64,000 bases of DNA, taken from an uncultured Chloroflexia bacterium (lineage in GTDB: Bacteria > Chloroflexota > Anaerolineae > CG2-30-64-16). Position numbers and translations under genes: made by a program. The notes below the pieces were generated by a model that had not been told where the DNA came from, did no database searches, and saw only the letters and a list, made by a program, of their open reading frames with translations. Shown here one piece after another: positions 18,264-28,635 of this stretch (position 1 is its first letter; the number at the start of each line of letters is the position of its first letter). The stretch spans positions 1-64,000 of the forward strand of contig CAWEMM010000013.1 in assembly GCA_963810095.1 (NCBI GenBank), given 5' to 3'.

Positions 18264-19651
18264 ATGGCGGTCGAGGTCTATATCCCGAAGTACGGCCAGA
18301 CGGTCGAAGAAGTCAAGATCGTCCAGTGGTTTGTCGAGGACGGCGCGACGGTCAAAAAAGGACAGGAGCTGCTGGAGATCGAGACCGATAAGACGACCTT
18401 CTTTGTCGAGTCCGAGGCGGCCGGCGTGATCCATTGCGGCCCGTACAAGGCGGGCGACACCGTCGCGGTCCTGGAAGTCGTCGCGGTCGTCGGCAAGGCC
18501 GAAGACAAGTTCGTCGCTCACAAGGTGGGCGAGGAACCGGCGGTGGCGGAAGAGACCTTCGGGGTCTCCGAGACCCCGAAGGACTTGTCGGAGCCCTCGG
18601 AGGACTTGTCGGAGACCTCGGAGGTCTTCGTCTCTCCCCGCGCGCGTAAGCTGGCCGAGGCGCGCGGGGTCGACATAAGGCAGATCGCGCCCACGGGCGG
18701 CGGCGGCGTGCGGGTGGCCGAGCGCGACGTGCTCGCGTACCTGGCGTCTGCGCCCAAGGCCACGCCTCTCGCCGAGAAGTTGGCCGCGGAAACCGGCGTC
18801 AACCTGCGCACCGTCGCGGGCACCGGTCCCGGCGGCAAGATCACGCGCGAGGATGTGCTGGCCGCGGGGAGCGTCACGCCGCACCTGCGGTGGCGACCGA
18901 GACCCCGAAGGTTGCGGAGGTCGCCCCGCCCGCGGCGCTGCCCGTCGCGGATGTCGCCGAGCGGATCCCGCTCAAGGGCGTGCGCGCGATCATTGCGGAC
19001 CGGATGGGGACGAGCGTCCATACGACCGCCCGCGTCACCTTGGTCAGCGAGGTCGACGCGACCGAGTTTGTGGCCATGCGCGAGCGGCTGAAGGCGAAGG
19101 TGTCGGAAGCCTGGGGCTTCGCGCCGGGGTACAACGATCTGCTCGCGCTCATCGTCGCGAAGGCGCTGCGCAAGTTTCCCTACATGAACGCCCGCCTCGC
19201 GCCCGACGCGGTCGAGCTGATGGCGCACGTCAACATGGGCATGGCGGTCGACACGGAGAAGGGGCTCCTGGTGCCGGTCATTCGTGATGCGGACGCGAAG
19301 TCTCTGCAGGAGTTCGGGTCGACTTTCCGAGCGCTGGTGGACCGGGCGCGCAAGGGCCGCTCCTTGCCCGACGACCTGACCGGCGGCACGTTCACCATCA
19401 CGAATCTCGGCATGTATGACATCGACGCCTTCACGCCCGTGATCAACCTGCCCGAGGCCGCGATCCTGGGCGTGGGGCGCATCACCCCCAAGTGGATGTA
19501 CAAGCCCGAGAGTCCGAGTGCACCCGTGCCGTGCCAGATGCTGACGCTCAGCCTGGTGTTCGATCATCGCCTCGTCGACGGTGCGCCGGCCGCCCGCTTC
19601 CTCCAGTGGATCAAGGGCGTGATCGAAGAGCCGTACCTGATGGTGGCGTAG
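18264..19651 (+). CDS. Dihydrolipoamide acyltransferase E2 (apparent frameshift near 18885)
   Basis: Lipoyl ETDK, two E3-binding repeats (GTGPGGKITREDV), catalytic DHRLVDG in the second frame. Confidence 0.9.
18552..18628 (+). repeat. Family B repeat embedded in frame in the E2 linker
   Basis: GAGACCTTCGGGGTCTCCGAGACCCCGAAGG plus 21-nt tandem derivatives encoding ETFGVSETPKDLSEPSEDLSETSEV. Confidence 0.75.
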
Positions 19652-19852
19652 CGGCCGGCTGCGAGAACGCGAAGACGCCGGCTGGGCTGACGTCTTCGCG
19701 TCGAGTACGAGTTCGCGTTTCGGACGGCTTCGGGTTGTGAAACGGTCGACCCGTAAGCTGGGGAACGGACAGGACGTTCGACGAGGCCGATACTGTCAGT
19801 GATGACTAGGCGGTTCGTCAATAGAAGTGGACGACCGCGGGAGGGGCAGATC

Positions 19853-20963
19853 ATGGCAGATCGAATTCGCGAATTGCAGAAGCTCGGCCAGAGCCTGTGG
19901 CTAGACTTTATCAGCCGCGATGCGCTGCGCTCGGGCGAGCTCGCCAACTATATCGCAGCGTGGCGTCGTGGGCATGACGGCGAATCCGGCGATCTTCGAG
20001 AAAAGCATGGCGGCGGGCACCGCGTATGACGACGACATTCGGACGCTGGCCAACTCAGGGCGTTCCGTCTACGAGATCTACGAGACCCTGGCGTTGGCCG
20101 ACATCGCCGAGGCCGCCGATCTCCTGCGGCCCGTTTACGACCGCACGGGGGGCCTCGACGGCTACCAAAGCATCGAGGTGGCGCCCGGTCTGGCGCACGA
20201 CACGGCCGGGACCGTCGAGGAAGCGAAGCGTTTCTGGCAGGCGCTCGATCGCCCAAACGTCATGATCAAGATCCCGGGTACGATCGAGGGCGTACCGGCT
20301 ATCCGCGCCGCAACCGCGGCCGGCATCAACATCAACGTGACGCTCCTGTTTGCGATCGAAGCGTACGAAAAGGCCGCGCTGGCGTATATCGAAGGGCTCG
20401 AAGAGCGCGTGGCGCAAGGGCTGGACGTCTCGCGGGTCGCCTCAGTCGCCAGTTTCTTCGTCAGCCGCGTCGATACCCTCGTGGACAAGCAACTGAAAGA
20501 TCATCCGCAGGCGGCGCAGTTGCGGGGCAAGGCCGCCATCGCCAATGCCCGGCTGGCGTACGAGCTCTTTGAAAAGCTCTTCTCGGGTCCGCGCTGGGCG
20601 GCGTTGGCCGCGAAGGGCGCGCGTGTCCAGCGGCCGCTGTGGGCCAGCACGAGCACGAAGGACCCGACCTATCCCGACACGATCTACATGGATGCGCTGA
20701 TCGGGCCCCACACCGTCAACACCGCACCACCGCAGACGATCGATGCGTTTGAGGATCACGGCACGGTCGCCCTCACGGTAAACCGGGGTTATGCCGAAGC
20801 TCGGACGGTGATGGCGCAGTTGCAGGCCGCGGGTATCGACATGCAGGCGGTCACCGACCAATTGCTGACGGATGGCGTCCGCTTGTTTGGCGAGGCGTTC
20901 GACCGCCTCGAGGCGGGGTTGGCAAAGAAGGTCGAGGCCCTCCGCGTAACAGCCCGCTCATAG
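19853..20963 (+). CDS. tal: Transaldolase (type 3/actinobacterial size; apparent frameshift near 19958)
   Basis: GQSLWLD, GMTANPAIF, NVMIKIP, NVTLLF, ASFFVSRVD and RPLWASTSTK. Confidence 0.93.
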
Positions 20964-20984
20964 CAGCGGCAGCCGAGCCGTAAA

Positions 20985-21021
20985 CAAAACGCCCTCCTGG
21001 CGATACCCAGGGGGGCGTTTC
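20985..21021. terminator. Bidirectional hairpin terminator between convergent genes
   Basis: AAAACGCCCTCCTGG...CCAGGGGGGCGTTT. Confidence 0.7.
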
Positions 21022-21048
21022 ACTAATCTAGGTTGCAGCAGGCGTCGG

Positions 21049-21555
21049 CTACAGGTTAAGCGCAGCCCGGACGTCGGCCAGCGCGGCCTGCTCGAGGTTC
21101 GACACCTGGGTTCCGCCCATGCCGAGGAAGGTGCCTTCCTTGCCGGCCTCTGCGGTCTTCTGTGCCATTTCCATGAGCAGCTGGCGGTACTCCAGCCCGG
21201 TTTCGGCGCCAAACTTCTCGTCGACCAACGTCGCTGCGGCCTTGATCGAGCCGATGAACATCTGGCGGGCCTGCTCGCCCGAAACCTTTTGGCCCTTCAT
21301 CGCGGCCTGTTTCTCTTGCGCGCGCCGCTGAAGCTCCTGCTGCTGCTCCTTGGTCGCCCCAAACATCTGGGTGCGCAAGGCCGCCATGAAGGGGCTGCTC
21401 CATTTGTCCTGACGAATCACGTCCATTGCAGCCATCGCTTCTTTCGACACGCCAATTGGCCCTGACATGTCGGACATCATGACGAGGCCCGAGGTGGAAC
21501 CGGTGCCTTCAATGATCGTGTACCACTCATCAGGGGTCAATTCGTTCGGATCCAT
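21049..21555 (-). CDS. Hypothetical helical protein (TerB-like C-terminus)
   Basis: GGAGG RBS; AEAGKEGTFLGMGGTQVSNLEQAAL. Confidence 0.65.
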   Translation of the reverse strand: MDPNELTPDEWYTIIEGTGSTSGLVMMSDMSGPIGVSKEAMAAMDVIRQDKWSSPFMAALRTQMFGATKEQQQELQRRAQEKQAAMKGQKVSGEQARQMFIGSIKAAATLVDEKFGAETGLEYRQLLMEMAQKTAEAGKEGTFLGMGGTQVSNLEQAALADVRAALNL

Positions 21556-21928
21556 TAGATATCCTCCTATCACACGGCGATAGCGCGAAATATCTGCCCG
21601 CGTTCGCTATCCTGCCTATCATACACGCCAACCGGAGCCGGCGCCAAGATTCGCAGGAGCGCGGGGCGTCCGTGCACCCTCGCGCAGGTTAGGCTGTTTC
21701 GGATTTGGGCGTTCTCGCTACAGGACGACTCAGTTTCGCGTAACTTGCGTGAGTGCCGGGTGTTGTGAAATAATGAACGTCCTGAGCGGCGGGTGCGCCA
21801 GCACTGCCCTTCGCCGCTCACATCTCCCGTGCCACCACTGGCTTCTCGATGTGTGACCATGTCGTCCACAGGGGCGCCGATCGCCTCAGCAGTTGGTTCG
21901 CGAGTCACCCAATACGAGGAGCATTCCC

Positions 21929-23839
21929 ATGGAACACCCCGCAGACTGGCGGAAGTTCAACCCGCCCCCGGATGCCCGCGCCATCTTCGAACGCTGCCCC
22001 CGCCTCACCGTCGCCGGCAGCGTTGCCCACCTTGTGGAACTGGCCACGGGGCGCAACGGCCACAAAGAGTGTTACGAGGTCGTCTACGATATTCCGGGCC
22101 AGGGTGCGCAGGTCGAGGCGACCGTGGTACGGGTGCGGAACGGCGTGGCGGTGAACTACAGCGAGCCCTACATGCGGCGGCGCGACCCCGACTGCATGCT
22201 CGTCGCCGACGACCTGCCGACGGACAAGGAGACTTTCATCCAGCGTTACGGCGTTCCGTTCGACCGTGTGCGCGAGGAAGCGTTGGATTGGCTCGCAACG
22301 CAGGAACTGCTCGTGTTCGCGCTGTATGCGGGCCAGGCCGACATGAGCACCGACACGCTCGTCGTCGCTCCAGCCAACGCCGGCTTCTTCGCCCTGGGTC
22401 TCGCCATGTTGCAGGGCATTATCCCATACGACGAGCTGCCCCCGCACTTCTCGCCCAGCGCGGTGATCTACGTCGCGCCGCCCTTCCGGCAGACCCACTT
22501 CGCCGGCAAGCAGGTCGTGGTTCACAACCGGCAGCCCGGCCTGCACGAGATGTTCTCGTTCAACCTTTACCCCGGCCCCAGCGCCAAGAAGGGCATCTAT
22601 GGCGTTCTGATCGCGCTGGGCGAGCGGCAGGGTTGGGTGGCGGCGCACTGCTCGACCGTGCAGGTGGTCACACCTTATGATAACGTCGTGACCTTGATGC
22701 ACGAGGGCGCGAGCGGCAGCGGCAAGAGCGAGATGCTGGAGCCCGCGCATCGGGAGCCGGACGGTCGCCTGCTGTTGGGGGAAAACCTGCTGACCGGCGA
22801 GAAGCGTTACCTCGAGATCCCGCGTTCGTGCGAGCTACATCCGGTCACCGACGATATTGCGCTGTGCGAGTCCTGCGTCGCCAACGCGCTCCCTGCGCCC
22901 AACGGCAAGCTGCGGGTGCGCGACGCCGAGGATGCCTGGTTCGTCCGTGTCAATCACATCGAACATTACGGCACCGACGTGCAGCTCGAGCGACTGACCG
23001 CGGAGCCGCCCGTGCCACTGCTGTTCCTCAACATCGACGCGGCGCCGGGCAGCCGGGCGATGATCTGGGAGCACATCGAGGACAAGCCGGGGAAGCGCTG
23101 CCCCAATCCCCGGGTAGTCATCCCCCGCCACGTCGTGCCAAACGTGGTCGAGGGGACCGTCTCGGTCGACATCCGCTCGCTCGGCGTGCGCTGCCCGCCC
23201 TGTACCAGCGAGAGCCCAAGCTACGGGATCATCGGCCTCTTCCACCTGCTCCCGCCCGCGCTCGCATGGCTCTGGCGGCTGGTTGCGCCCCGGGGCCATG
23301 ACAACCCGAGTGTGATTACGGGCAGTACCGGCATCGCCAGCGCCATGGAGAGCGAGGGCGTGGGCTCGTACTGGCCTTTCGCGACCGGCCGCCGGGTTAC
23401 CCAGGCCAACCTGCTGCTCGACCAGTTTGTAAGCAGCCCTCGCACCCGGTACATCCTGACTCCTAACCAGCACATCGGGGCCTGGCGGGTGGGCTTTATG
23501 CCACAGTGGGTTGCCCGAGAGTACCTGGCCCGCCGCGGCAGCGCCAAGTTCCGGGCGGACCAGATCGAGGCGGCTCGCTGTTCGCTCCTGGGCCACGTGC
23601 CGCAGCAGCTCCACGTGGAGGGCCGCAGCGTCCCCACCCGGATGCTACACGTGAACGCACAGCCAGAGGTGGGCGAGGCGGCGTACGATGCGGGCGCCGA
23701 GCAGCTCTATGCGCTCTTCACCGAATGCCTGCACGAGTTCGGCGAGCCCGACCTCGCGCCGCTTGGCCGCCAGATCATCGAGTGCTGCCTCGATCGGGGC
23801 ACGGCCGACGATTACCGGGGCCTGATTCATGCGGAGTAG
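21929..23839 (+). CDS. DUF4914 family protein (PEP-carboxykinase-like fold)
   Basis: GAGGAG RBS; SAKKG, HCS, P-loop GASGSGKS, DD and CPNPR. Confidence 0.8.
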   Translation: MEHPADWRKFNPPPDARAIFERCPRLTVAGSVAHLVELATGRNGHKECYEVVYDIPGQGAQVEATVVRVRNGVAVNYSEPYMRRRDPDCMLVADDLPTDKETFIQRYGVPFDRVREEALDWLATQELLVFALYAGQADMSTDTLVVAPANAGFFALGLAMLQGIIPYDELPPHFSPSAVIYVAPPFRQTHFAGKQVVVHNRQPGLHEMFSFNLYPGPSAKKGIYGVLIALGERQGWVAAHCSTVQVVTPYDNVVTLMHEGASGSGKSEMLEPAHREPDGRLLLGENLLTGEKRYLEIPRSCELHPVTDDIALCESCVANALPAPNGKLRVRDAEDAWFVRVNHIEHYGTDVQLERLTAEPPVPLLFLNIDAAPGSRAMIWEHIEDKPGKRCPNPRVVIPRHVVPNVVEGTVSVDIRSLGVRCPPCTSESPSYGIIGLFHLLPPALAWLWRLVAPRGHDNPSVITGSTGIASAMESEGVGSYWPFATGRRVTQANLLLDQFVSSPRTRYILTPNQHIGAWRVGFMPQWVAREYLARRGSAKFRADQIEAARCSLLGHVPQQLHVEGRSVPTRMLHVNAQPEVGEAAYDAGAEQLYALFTECLHEFGEPDLAPLGRQIIECCLDRGTADDYRGLIHAE

Positions 23840-23933
23840 CGGCCCCAGGCTGTGACAGCGGCGCGTGCGTCAAGTCGGAGCACGCCCGCCGTGATATCTT
23901 CCCGGACCGGCAGAGGATCTGACTCGTTCACGT

Positions 23934-23959
23934 GGATCACATCGCATCTCGTCATCGTT
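23934..23959 (+). promoter_or_regulatory. Candidate ECF-sigma promoter
   Basis: GGATC-N17-CGTT upstream of the DoxX gene. Confidence 0.4.
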
Positions 23960-24009
23960 AGTTGAATATAATTGATATGCTTATCAAATAATACTACGCC
24001 GGCGCGACA

Positions 24010-24603
24010 ATGAGCCGGGACGAGAAAGGCGAAGGTAATGGAATGGACGGAGTGTTTGAGGATCTGGGCGAGTTGGTGTTGAGAGCGACGACGGGGGGAC
24101 TGCTGGCCGGCCACGGCGCGCAGAAGCTGTTCGGTTGGTTCGGGGGACACGGCTTTGAGGGGACGAAGGGCTGGCTGGAATCCATGGGCATGCAGCCGGG
24201 CGACTTCTGGGCCGGACTGGCCGGCGCAAGCGAGTTCGGGGGTGGGCTGCTGACGGCTCTCGGCCTCCTGCACCCACTGGGACCGATTGCCATGACGGGC
24301 GCGATGCTGATGGCCACAACCAAGGTCCATGCCGGCAAGCCGGTTTGGGTGACGAGCGGTGGGGCCGAACTGCCGGTGACCAATATCGCGGTTGCACTTG
24401 CGCTGGTCCTGACCGGACCGGGCGCATTCTCGGTTGACAGCCTGCTCGGGATCAAGCTGCCGCGCTGGATTGCCCTGCCCGCGCTTGTCGCGGTGCTGAC
24501 TGCAGTCCTGGCTGGGCTCCAAACCAGCCAGCCGCCGACGCAACCCGAAGAGGTCGCCGGGGGTGAGCTTCAGGCCGGCGGGTTGGCAGCGCACCCGGCG
24601 TGA
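24010..24603 (+). CDS. DoxX family membrane protein
   Basis: LR...HGAQKLFGWFGG, EFGGG and GPGAFSVD. Confidence 0.9.
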   Translation: MSRDEKGEGNGMDGVFEDLGELVLRATTGGLLAGHGAQKLFGWFGGHGFEGTKGWLESMGMQPGDFWAGLAGASEFGGGLLTALGLLHPLGPIAMTGAMLMATTKVHAGKPVWVTSGGAELPVTNIAVALALVLTGPGAFSVDSLLGIKLPRWIALPALVAVLTAVLAGLQTSQPPTQPEEVAGGELQAGGLAAHPA

Positions 24604-24655
24604 CCGGCAGGCGGCCTGATCCGGACGCGCGGCCGGCTTGAGGCTGAGGGGAACG

Positions 24656-24751
24656 AACAGGACACTGATTGAACCGATTCGACGAATCATTACGATCTCT
24701 TCCCCGGAGGACCGTGCAGATCCGTTCAATCCGTTGAATCAGTGTCCTGTT
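24656..24751. repeat. Family A palindromic element, copy 3 (divergent)
   Basis: AACAGGACACTGATTGAAC...TGAATCAGTGTCCTGTT between convergent genes. Confidence 0.75.
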
Positions 24752-24804
24752 TCATTCCTCGTCGTCGGGCGCAGGGGTGAGGGTCTATTTTAGGCCGGGA
24801 TCCT

Positions 24805-25935
24805 TCACTCCACCGTAATCATCACGCTGGTCTTCTCGCTGTCGGTCGTGAGGACCACGCCGGCCTTCTTGCCATCCTTGGTGAAGTTAAGGGTTGCCAG
24901 TTCGTCGCTGGTCATGCCATCGCCCTCTTCCTTCCAGCCGGCCTTCACCATCTCATCCTTGTAGAACTTCACCACCTCCGCCAGCTTGGCCGATGTCTTG
25001 TAGGTGGTCATCGCCCCGAAGCTGGTCAGCTCGGTCGCGTCGGCCATCGCCGGCAGGCTTTCGGCTGCGTTCTCGCAACCCTGTGGCGGCGTGATTTCGA
25101 ACGGCTGGTTAACGTCGGTGACTTCGCTGGTCCAGGAGCCGGTGCCAACATCCGTGGTGCTGCCGCCGCCCAACAGGCCGAAGAGTGTTCCTTCCCACTG
25201 CGCTTCATCCTTGACGACATACTCGCCATCCACGGCCACCCACACATCGCCGGTGAGCTTGGTGAACATCTTCATGCCGGTTGCGCTCTCGTCGTACTTG
25301 TAATGCTTCGCCTTGACGCCGTTGACGGTCTCTTCGCCCACCAGCTTGCCGCTGCTGATCGACCCGAACGCACCCCGGCTGAGGAAGCTGCCGCTCGGGG
25401 TGCTGTCTTCGCTGCTGAATGCGGTGCAACTGGTTTTCCCGGCCTGGTTCGACACCATGTACGACTTGCTGCCGATCTGGTAGAGCTCCATGCTTCCCGC
25501 CTGGCTCGGATCGAGCGAGTCGCTGCTCTCGAACTTCGTGTAGGAGGCGCGCGGGTCTGACGTGTACTGTTCCGCGGTCAGCCACTTCACGACCTGGTCT
25601 TTGCCGTCCTTCTTGCCGGTCCACTCGAACGACCACGTCGATTTGTAGCTTTTCAGCGTCTTGAGCGTGGTCTCCTCGTCGGGCAGCGAGAGCTGGGTCG
25701 TGTCACCGGCGTCCTGACCCTGGCCCGCAGACTCGGCCGTGGCAGCCGGGGCTTCGGTGGGCAGAACCGCGCTGGTCGTGTCGGCCGGTTCGGTGGGAGA
25801 GGGCTCGCCGGACGATGCCTCGGTGGCCGCTTTCTCGGGCGCCGGAGTCGCTGCGGCGGGCGCCTTCGTGCCGCCGCATCCGGCCATGAGCGCCAACAGC
25901 AGTGCAAGGAGCAGCAGGGCTCCGATTCGCTTCAT
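24805..25935 (-). CDS. Lipoprotein (LppX/LolA-like beta-rich fold suspected)
   Basis: MKRIGALLLLALLLALMAG-C lipobox, Ala/Pro/Thr linker, GEETVNGVKAKHY motif; AGGAG RBS. Confidence 0.75.
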   Translation of the reverse strand: MKRIGALLLLALLLALMAGCGGTKAPAAATPAPEKAATEASSGEPSPTEPADTTSAVLPTEAPAATAESAGQGQDAGDTTQLSLPDEETTLKTLKSYKSTWSFEWTGKKDGKDQVVKWLTAEQYTSDPRASYTKFESSDSLDPSQAGSMELYQIGSKSYMVSNQAGKTSCTAFSSEDSTPSGSFLSRGAFGSISSGKLVGEETVNGVKAKHYKYDESATGMKMFTKLTGDVWVAVDGEYVVKDEAQWEGTLFGLLGGGSTTDVGTGSWTSEVTDVNQPFEITPPQGCENAAESLPAMADATELTSFGAMTTYKTSAKLAEVVKFYKDEMVKAGWKEEGDGMTSDELATLNFTKDGKKAGVVLTTDSEKTSVMITVE

Positions 25936-26157
25936 GAGGTTTCTCCTGTTGGGGGGTTGGTGATGCTGAGCATGCTGGCAAACCAGAGAGCGCAGCCCGC
26001 CTGCGTGCCCATTATAGCGCAGCGCGATGCGACGGGGGAATTCGGACCACGTCTTACCGACTTTCGCCGTCCTTTCGTGCAGAATGGTGCAAGAGGATCG
26101 GGTCTGCGGCATTGACGAGTTGCAATTGAGGCCGAGACAGTGGAGGAGCGTGACCAG

Positions 26158-26601
26158 ATGAATGCGATCCAGGTGTTGTTGAAGGACCACGAGGAGATTC
26201 GGGGCTATTTTCGGGCGGTGGAGGAGGCCGGGCCGCGCGCCAAGCAGGCGAAGCGCAAGGCCGCGGAGCAGGCAATCAGGGAGCTTAAGAGTCACACGCA
26301 GCTCGAAGAACGCATCTTCTATCCGGCGGTGCTGGAAAAGGCCAAGGACGAATTGCGCAGCCTGGTGCTGGAGGGCATCGAGGAACACCGGGTGGCCGAT
26401 TTCATGATCGAGCGCGTCCAGGAGGCCGATCCCGGCGACGAGCGGTTCGAGGCGCGCTTTACCGTGCTGGTCGAGAGCGTGGAGCACCACATCAAGGAAG
26501 AGGAAAAGACGCTTTTCCCAGAGTCTAGGAAGCTGCTGGCCGAGGACCTGGAGCGCCTCGGCGCCGAGATGGAGGCGCTGGAGAAGCAGCTCGAGGGGTA
26601 G
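26158..26601 (+). CDS. Hemerythrin/HHE cation-binding domain protein
   Basis: DH, HTQLEERIFYP, EEH and HHIKEEE. Confidence 0.88.
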   Translation: MNAIQVLLKDHEEIRGYFRAVEEAGPRAKQAKRKAAEQAIRELKSHTQLEERIFYPAVLEKAKDELRSLVLEGIEEHRVADFMIERVQEADPGDERFEARFTVLVESVEHHIKEEEKTLFPESRKLLAEDLERLGAEMEALEKQLEG

Positions 26602-26673
26602 TCGAGCGCTCGCGCGGCGTGGGGCGCGCCGGCCGCCACTGGCGGCCGGCGCGCCCCACGCCGCGTTCCCCAC

Positions 26674-27816
26674 TCAGTCACCCTGGCCCACAAATCGCTC
26701 GATGTCTGCTACCTCCCGCGCAACCGCTGCCTGAGCGCCGGCGGTCAGCGGCTGGAAGGGATCGACGGTAACAGCGACCTTCCGGCCCTTGCGGTTCGTC
26801 TGCCACGTCCCCTCGATCCGCCCGTCGACCATGACACTGGCGGGCAGCATGCCTCCTCCCATCAGCTTCTTCGCATAGCGACCGTCATCGATCAGCCCGC
26901 GGCTCCGGTGGCCCAGGATATATGTGTCGAACGCGGGCAGCAGCCGCACGACCGGGAACCCGCTCAGTTCGTCCAGTTCCACCATGCGGGCGGCCGGGAC
27001 GAAAGCCGGTTCGCCCACAGTCTCGACCTCGACCAGCTCGCCCCGCACTTCCTCCCATGCCGCGCGGAGATCGCGGACGTTGACGCCGGCCCAGGTCGAG
27101 AAATCGGCCAGCGTCGCGGGGGCAAACGCGGCCAGGTAGCGCCGCGCGAGGCGAACACGCGCCGCGTGCAGTTCCTCCTGGCCGAGCCTGAGCAGCGGCC
27201 GGCCGAGCCAGTCCTCCAGGAGCGTGAAAGTCGGGTGGACCCCCGGCGCGTTGCCGCGGTCGGGCCCGAAGCAGATCAGCCCTTCGAGCGCCGCGCAGAA
27301 GAGCAGGTAGCGTTCGATCGCATAGCCATTGGGCACGCCTTCGTCTGCGAGCGCCCTGCTCAGTTCTTCGCGCGTGGCCGGCCCATCGGCGAGCCGGCCC
27401 AGCACGACGCGCAGCCCATCCCGCTGCACGTCGGCGGTCAGGCCGATCTCCCCGCGGCGCCGTGCCGTCCCCGCGATCAGCGGCGGCCCGAACACGGCGA
27501 TCAGCCAGTCGAGATCTTCAGCGGGCACGAGGTGCAGGGTGCCGCGCATCAGCCATGTCCAGACAACTGATCGGCGCTCCAGGCGGCTGTGTTCCACGTC
27601 GGCCAGTTGGCTGCCCGCCGCCCGTACCCGCACCCCAAGCGTTGCGGCGAACAGGTCCTGCGCCTGAAGTCCGCCGGTGCGGCCTGCGACCTCCCGCGTC
27701 ACGTCGGGCCCTGTCGCCGTCGCAAACTTGGACAGCAACCCCTGTCCACGCATGCGCAGGTATAGCGCCTGATCCACCGTCAGCTTGACTCTGCCCACCC
27801 CGTCTGTCGTTGCCAT
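26674..27816 (-). CDS. AlkZ/YcaQ-like winged-helix DNA glycosylase (HTH_42)
   Basis: GLQAQD (QxQ), WLMRGTLHLV, RYL..FAPAT..DF..W and LLPAFDTY. Confidence 0.85.
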   Translation of the reverse strand: MATTDGVGRVKLTVDQALYLRMRGQGLLSKFATATGPDVTREVAGRTGGLQAQDLFAATLGVRVRAAGSQLADVEHSRLERRSVVWTWLMRGTLHLVPAEDLDWLIAVFGPPLIAGTARRRGEIGLTADVQRDGLRVVLGRLADGPATREELSRALADEGVPNGYAIERYLLFCAALEGLICFGPDRGNAPGVHPTFTLLEDWLGRPLLRLGQEELHAARVRLARRYLAAFAPATLADFSTWAGVNVRDLRAAWEEVRGELVEVETVGEPAFVPAARMVELDELSGFPVVRLLPAFDTYILGHRSRGLIDDGRYAKKLMGGGMLPASVMVDGRIEGTWQTNRKGRKVAVTVDPFQPLTAGAQAAVAREVADIERFVGQGD

Positions 27817-28011
27817 CGCCTTATTCACTCCCCGCCGGCAGCAATTGATTGCGGCCCCGGCCGACCGCTTCCGACCACCGCCGGCAAGTATAGCACGCGT
27901 GCACGAGTCTGCACGGCCGAGATGCCGCCTTAGCGATGTTGCAGCTTGTGCATACTATGTACTATCATTGGGCCGTTGTCCTACCTTTCTCGACCTTGCT
28001 GGAGGAGGCTT

Positions 28012-28635
28012 ATGAAGCTATTGGTGTTCGGCGCGACGGGCGGCACGGGCCAGGCAGTCGTCACGCAGGGGCTGGCGCAGGGCCACGAAATCACGGCCTA
28101 TGTGAGAAACTCGGCGGGGCTGGCAGGCCGGGACGGGCTAACCGTCGTGCAGGGTCAGTTGACCGACGCGGCAGCAGTCGGGGCGGCCGTCGCCCGACAC
28201 GACGCAGTCCTTTCGGCGCTCGGCGGCCGCGGTGACCAGACCGTGCCCGTTTCGGAAGGCACGAAGGTGATTGTCGCGGCGATGCAGGACGCGGGCGTGC
28301 GCCGGCTGGTGTACGTGACGTCGTTCGGTGTGGGCGACAGCCTGGAGCAAATGGGGTGGTTTGCGCGGCAGGTGGTCGCAGGCATGATGCTGAAGAAGGT
28401 GCTGGCCGAGAAGGAATACGAGGAACAGGCGATTATGCAGAGCCGGCTCGACTGGACCATCCTGCGCCCCGGGTCGCTGGAAGACGGCCCGCGGACGGGC
28501 GTCTACCGGTGCATCACCGACAGCAAGGAGAAGGTCGGGCGCCCGAGGATCGCGCGGGCCGACGTCGCCGACTTCATGCTCAAAAGCCTCGTCGATGACC
28601 GGTTCGTCGGCCGGGCAGTTGCGCTCACTTACTAA
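28012..28635 (+). CDS. NAD(P)H-binding atypical SDR (flavin reductase/BVR-B-like)
   Basis: VFGATGGTG, LDWTILRP and IARADVA; GGAGG RBS. Confidence 0.88.
   Translation: MKLLVFGATGGTGQAVVTQGLAQGHEITAYVRNSAGLAGRDGLTVVQGQLTDAAAVGAAVARHDAVLSALGGRGDQTVPVSEGTKVIVAAMQDAGVRRLVYVTSFGVGDSLEQMGWFARQVVAGMMLKKVLAEKEYEEQAIMQSRLDWTILRPGSLEDGPRTGVYRCITDSKEKVGRPRIARADVADFMLKSLVDDRFVGRAVALTY

Noticed and set aside
21763-21780. Rex-like operator TTGTGAA-ATAA-TGAACGT upstream of the DUF4914 gene
   Set aside because: The right half-site matches TTCACAA poorly; a single weak instance
25936-26673. N-terminal extension of the 622-aa ORF 24805-26673
   Set aside because: Antisense to the hemerythrin gene; the real start is the lipoprotein signal at 25935 with an RBS
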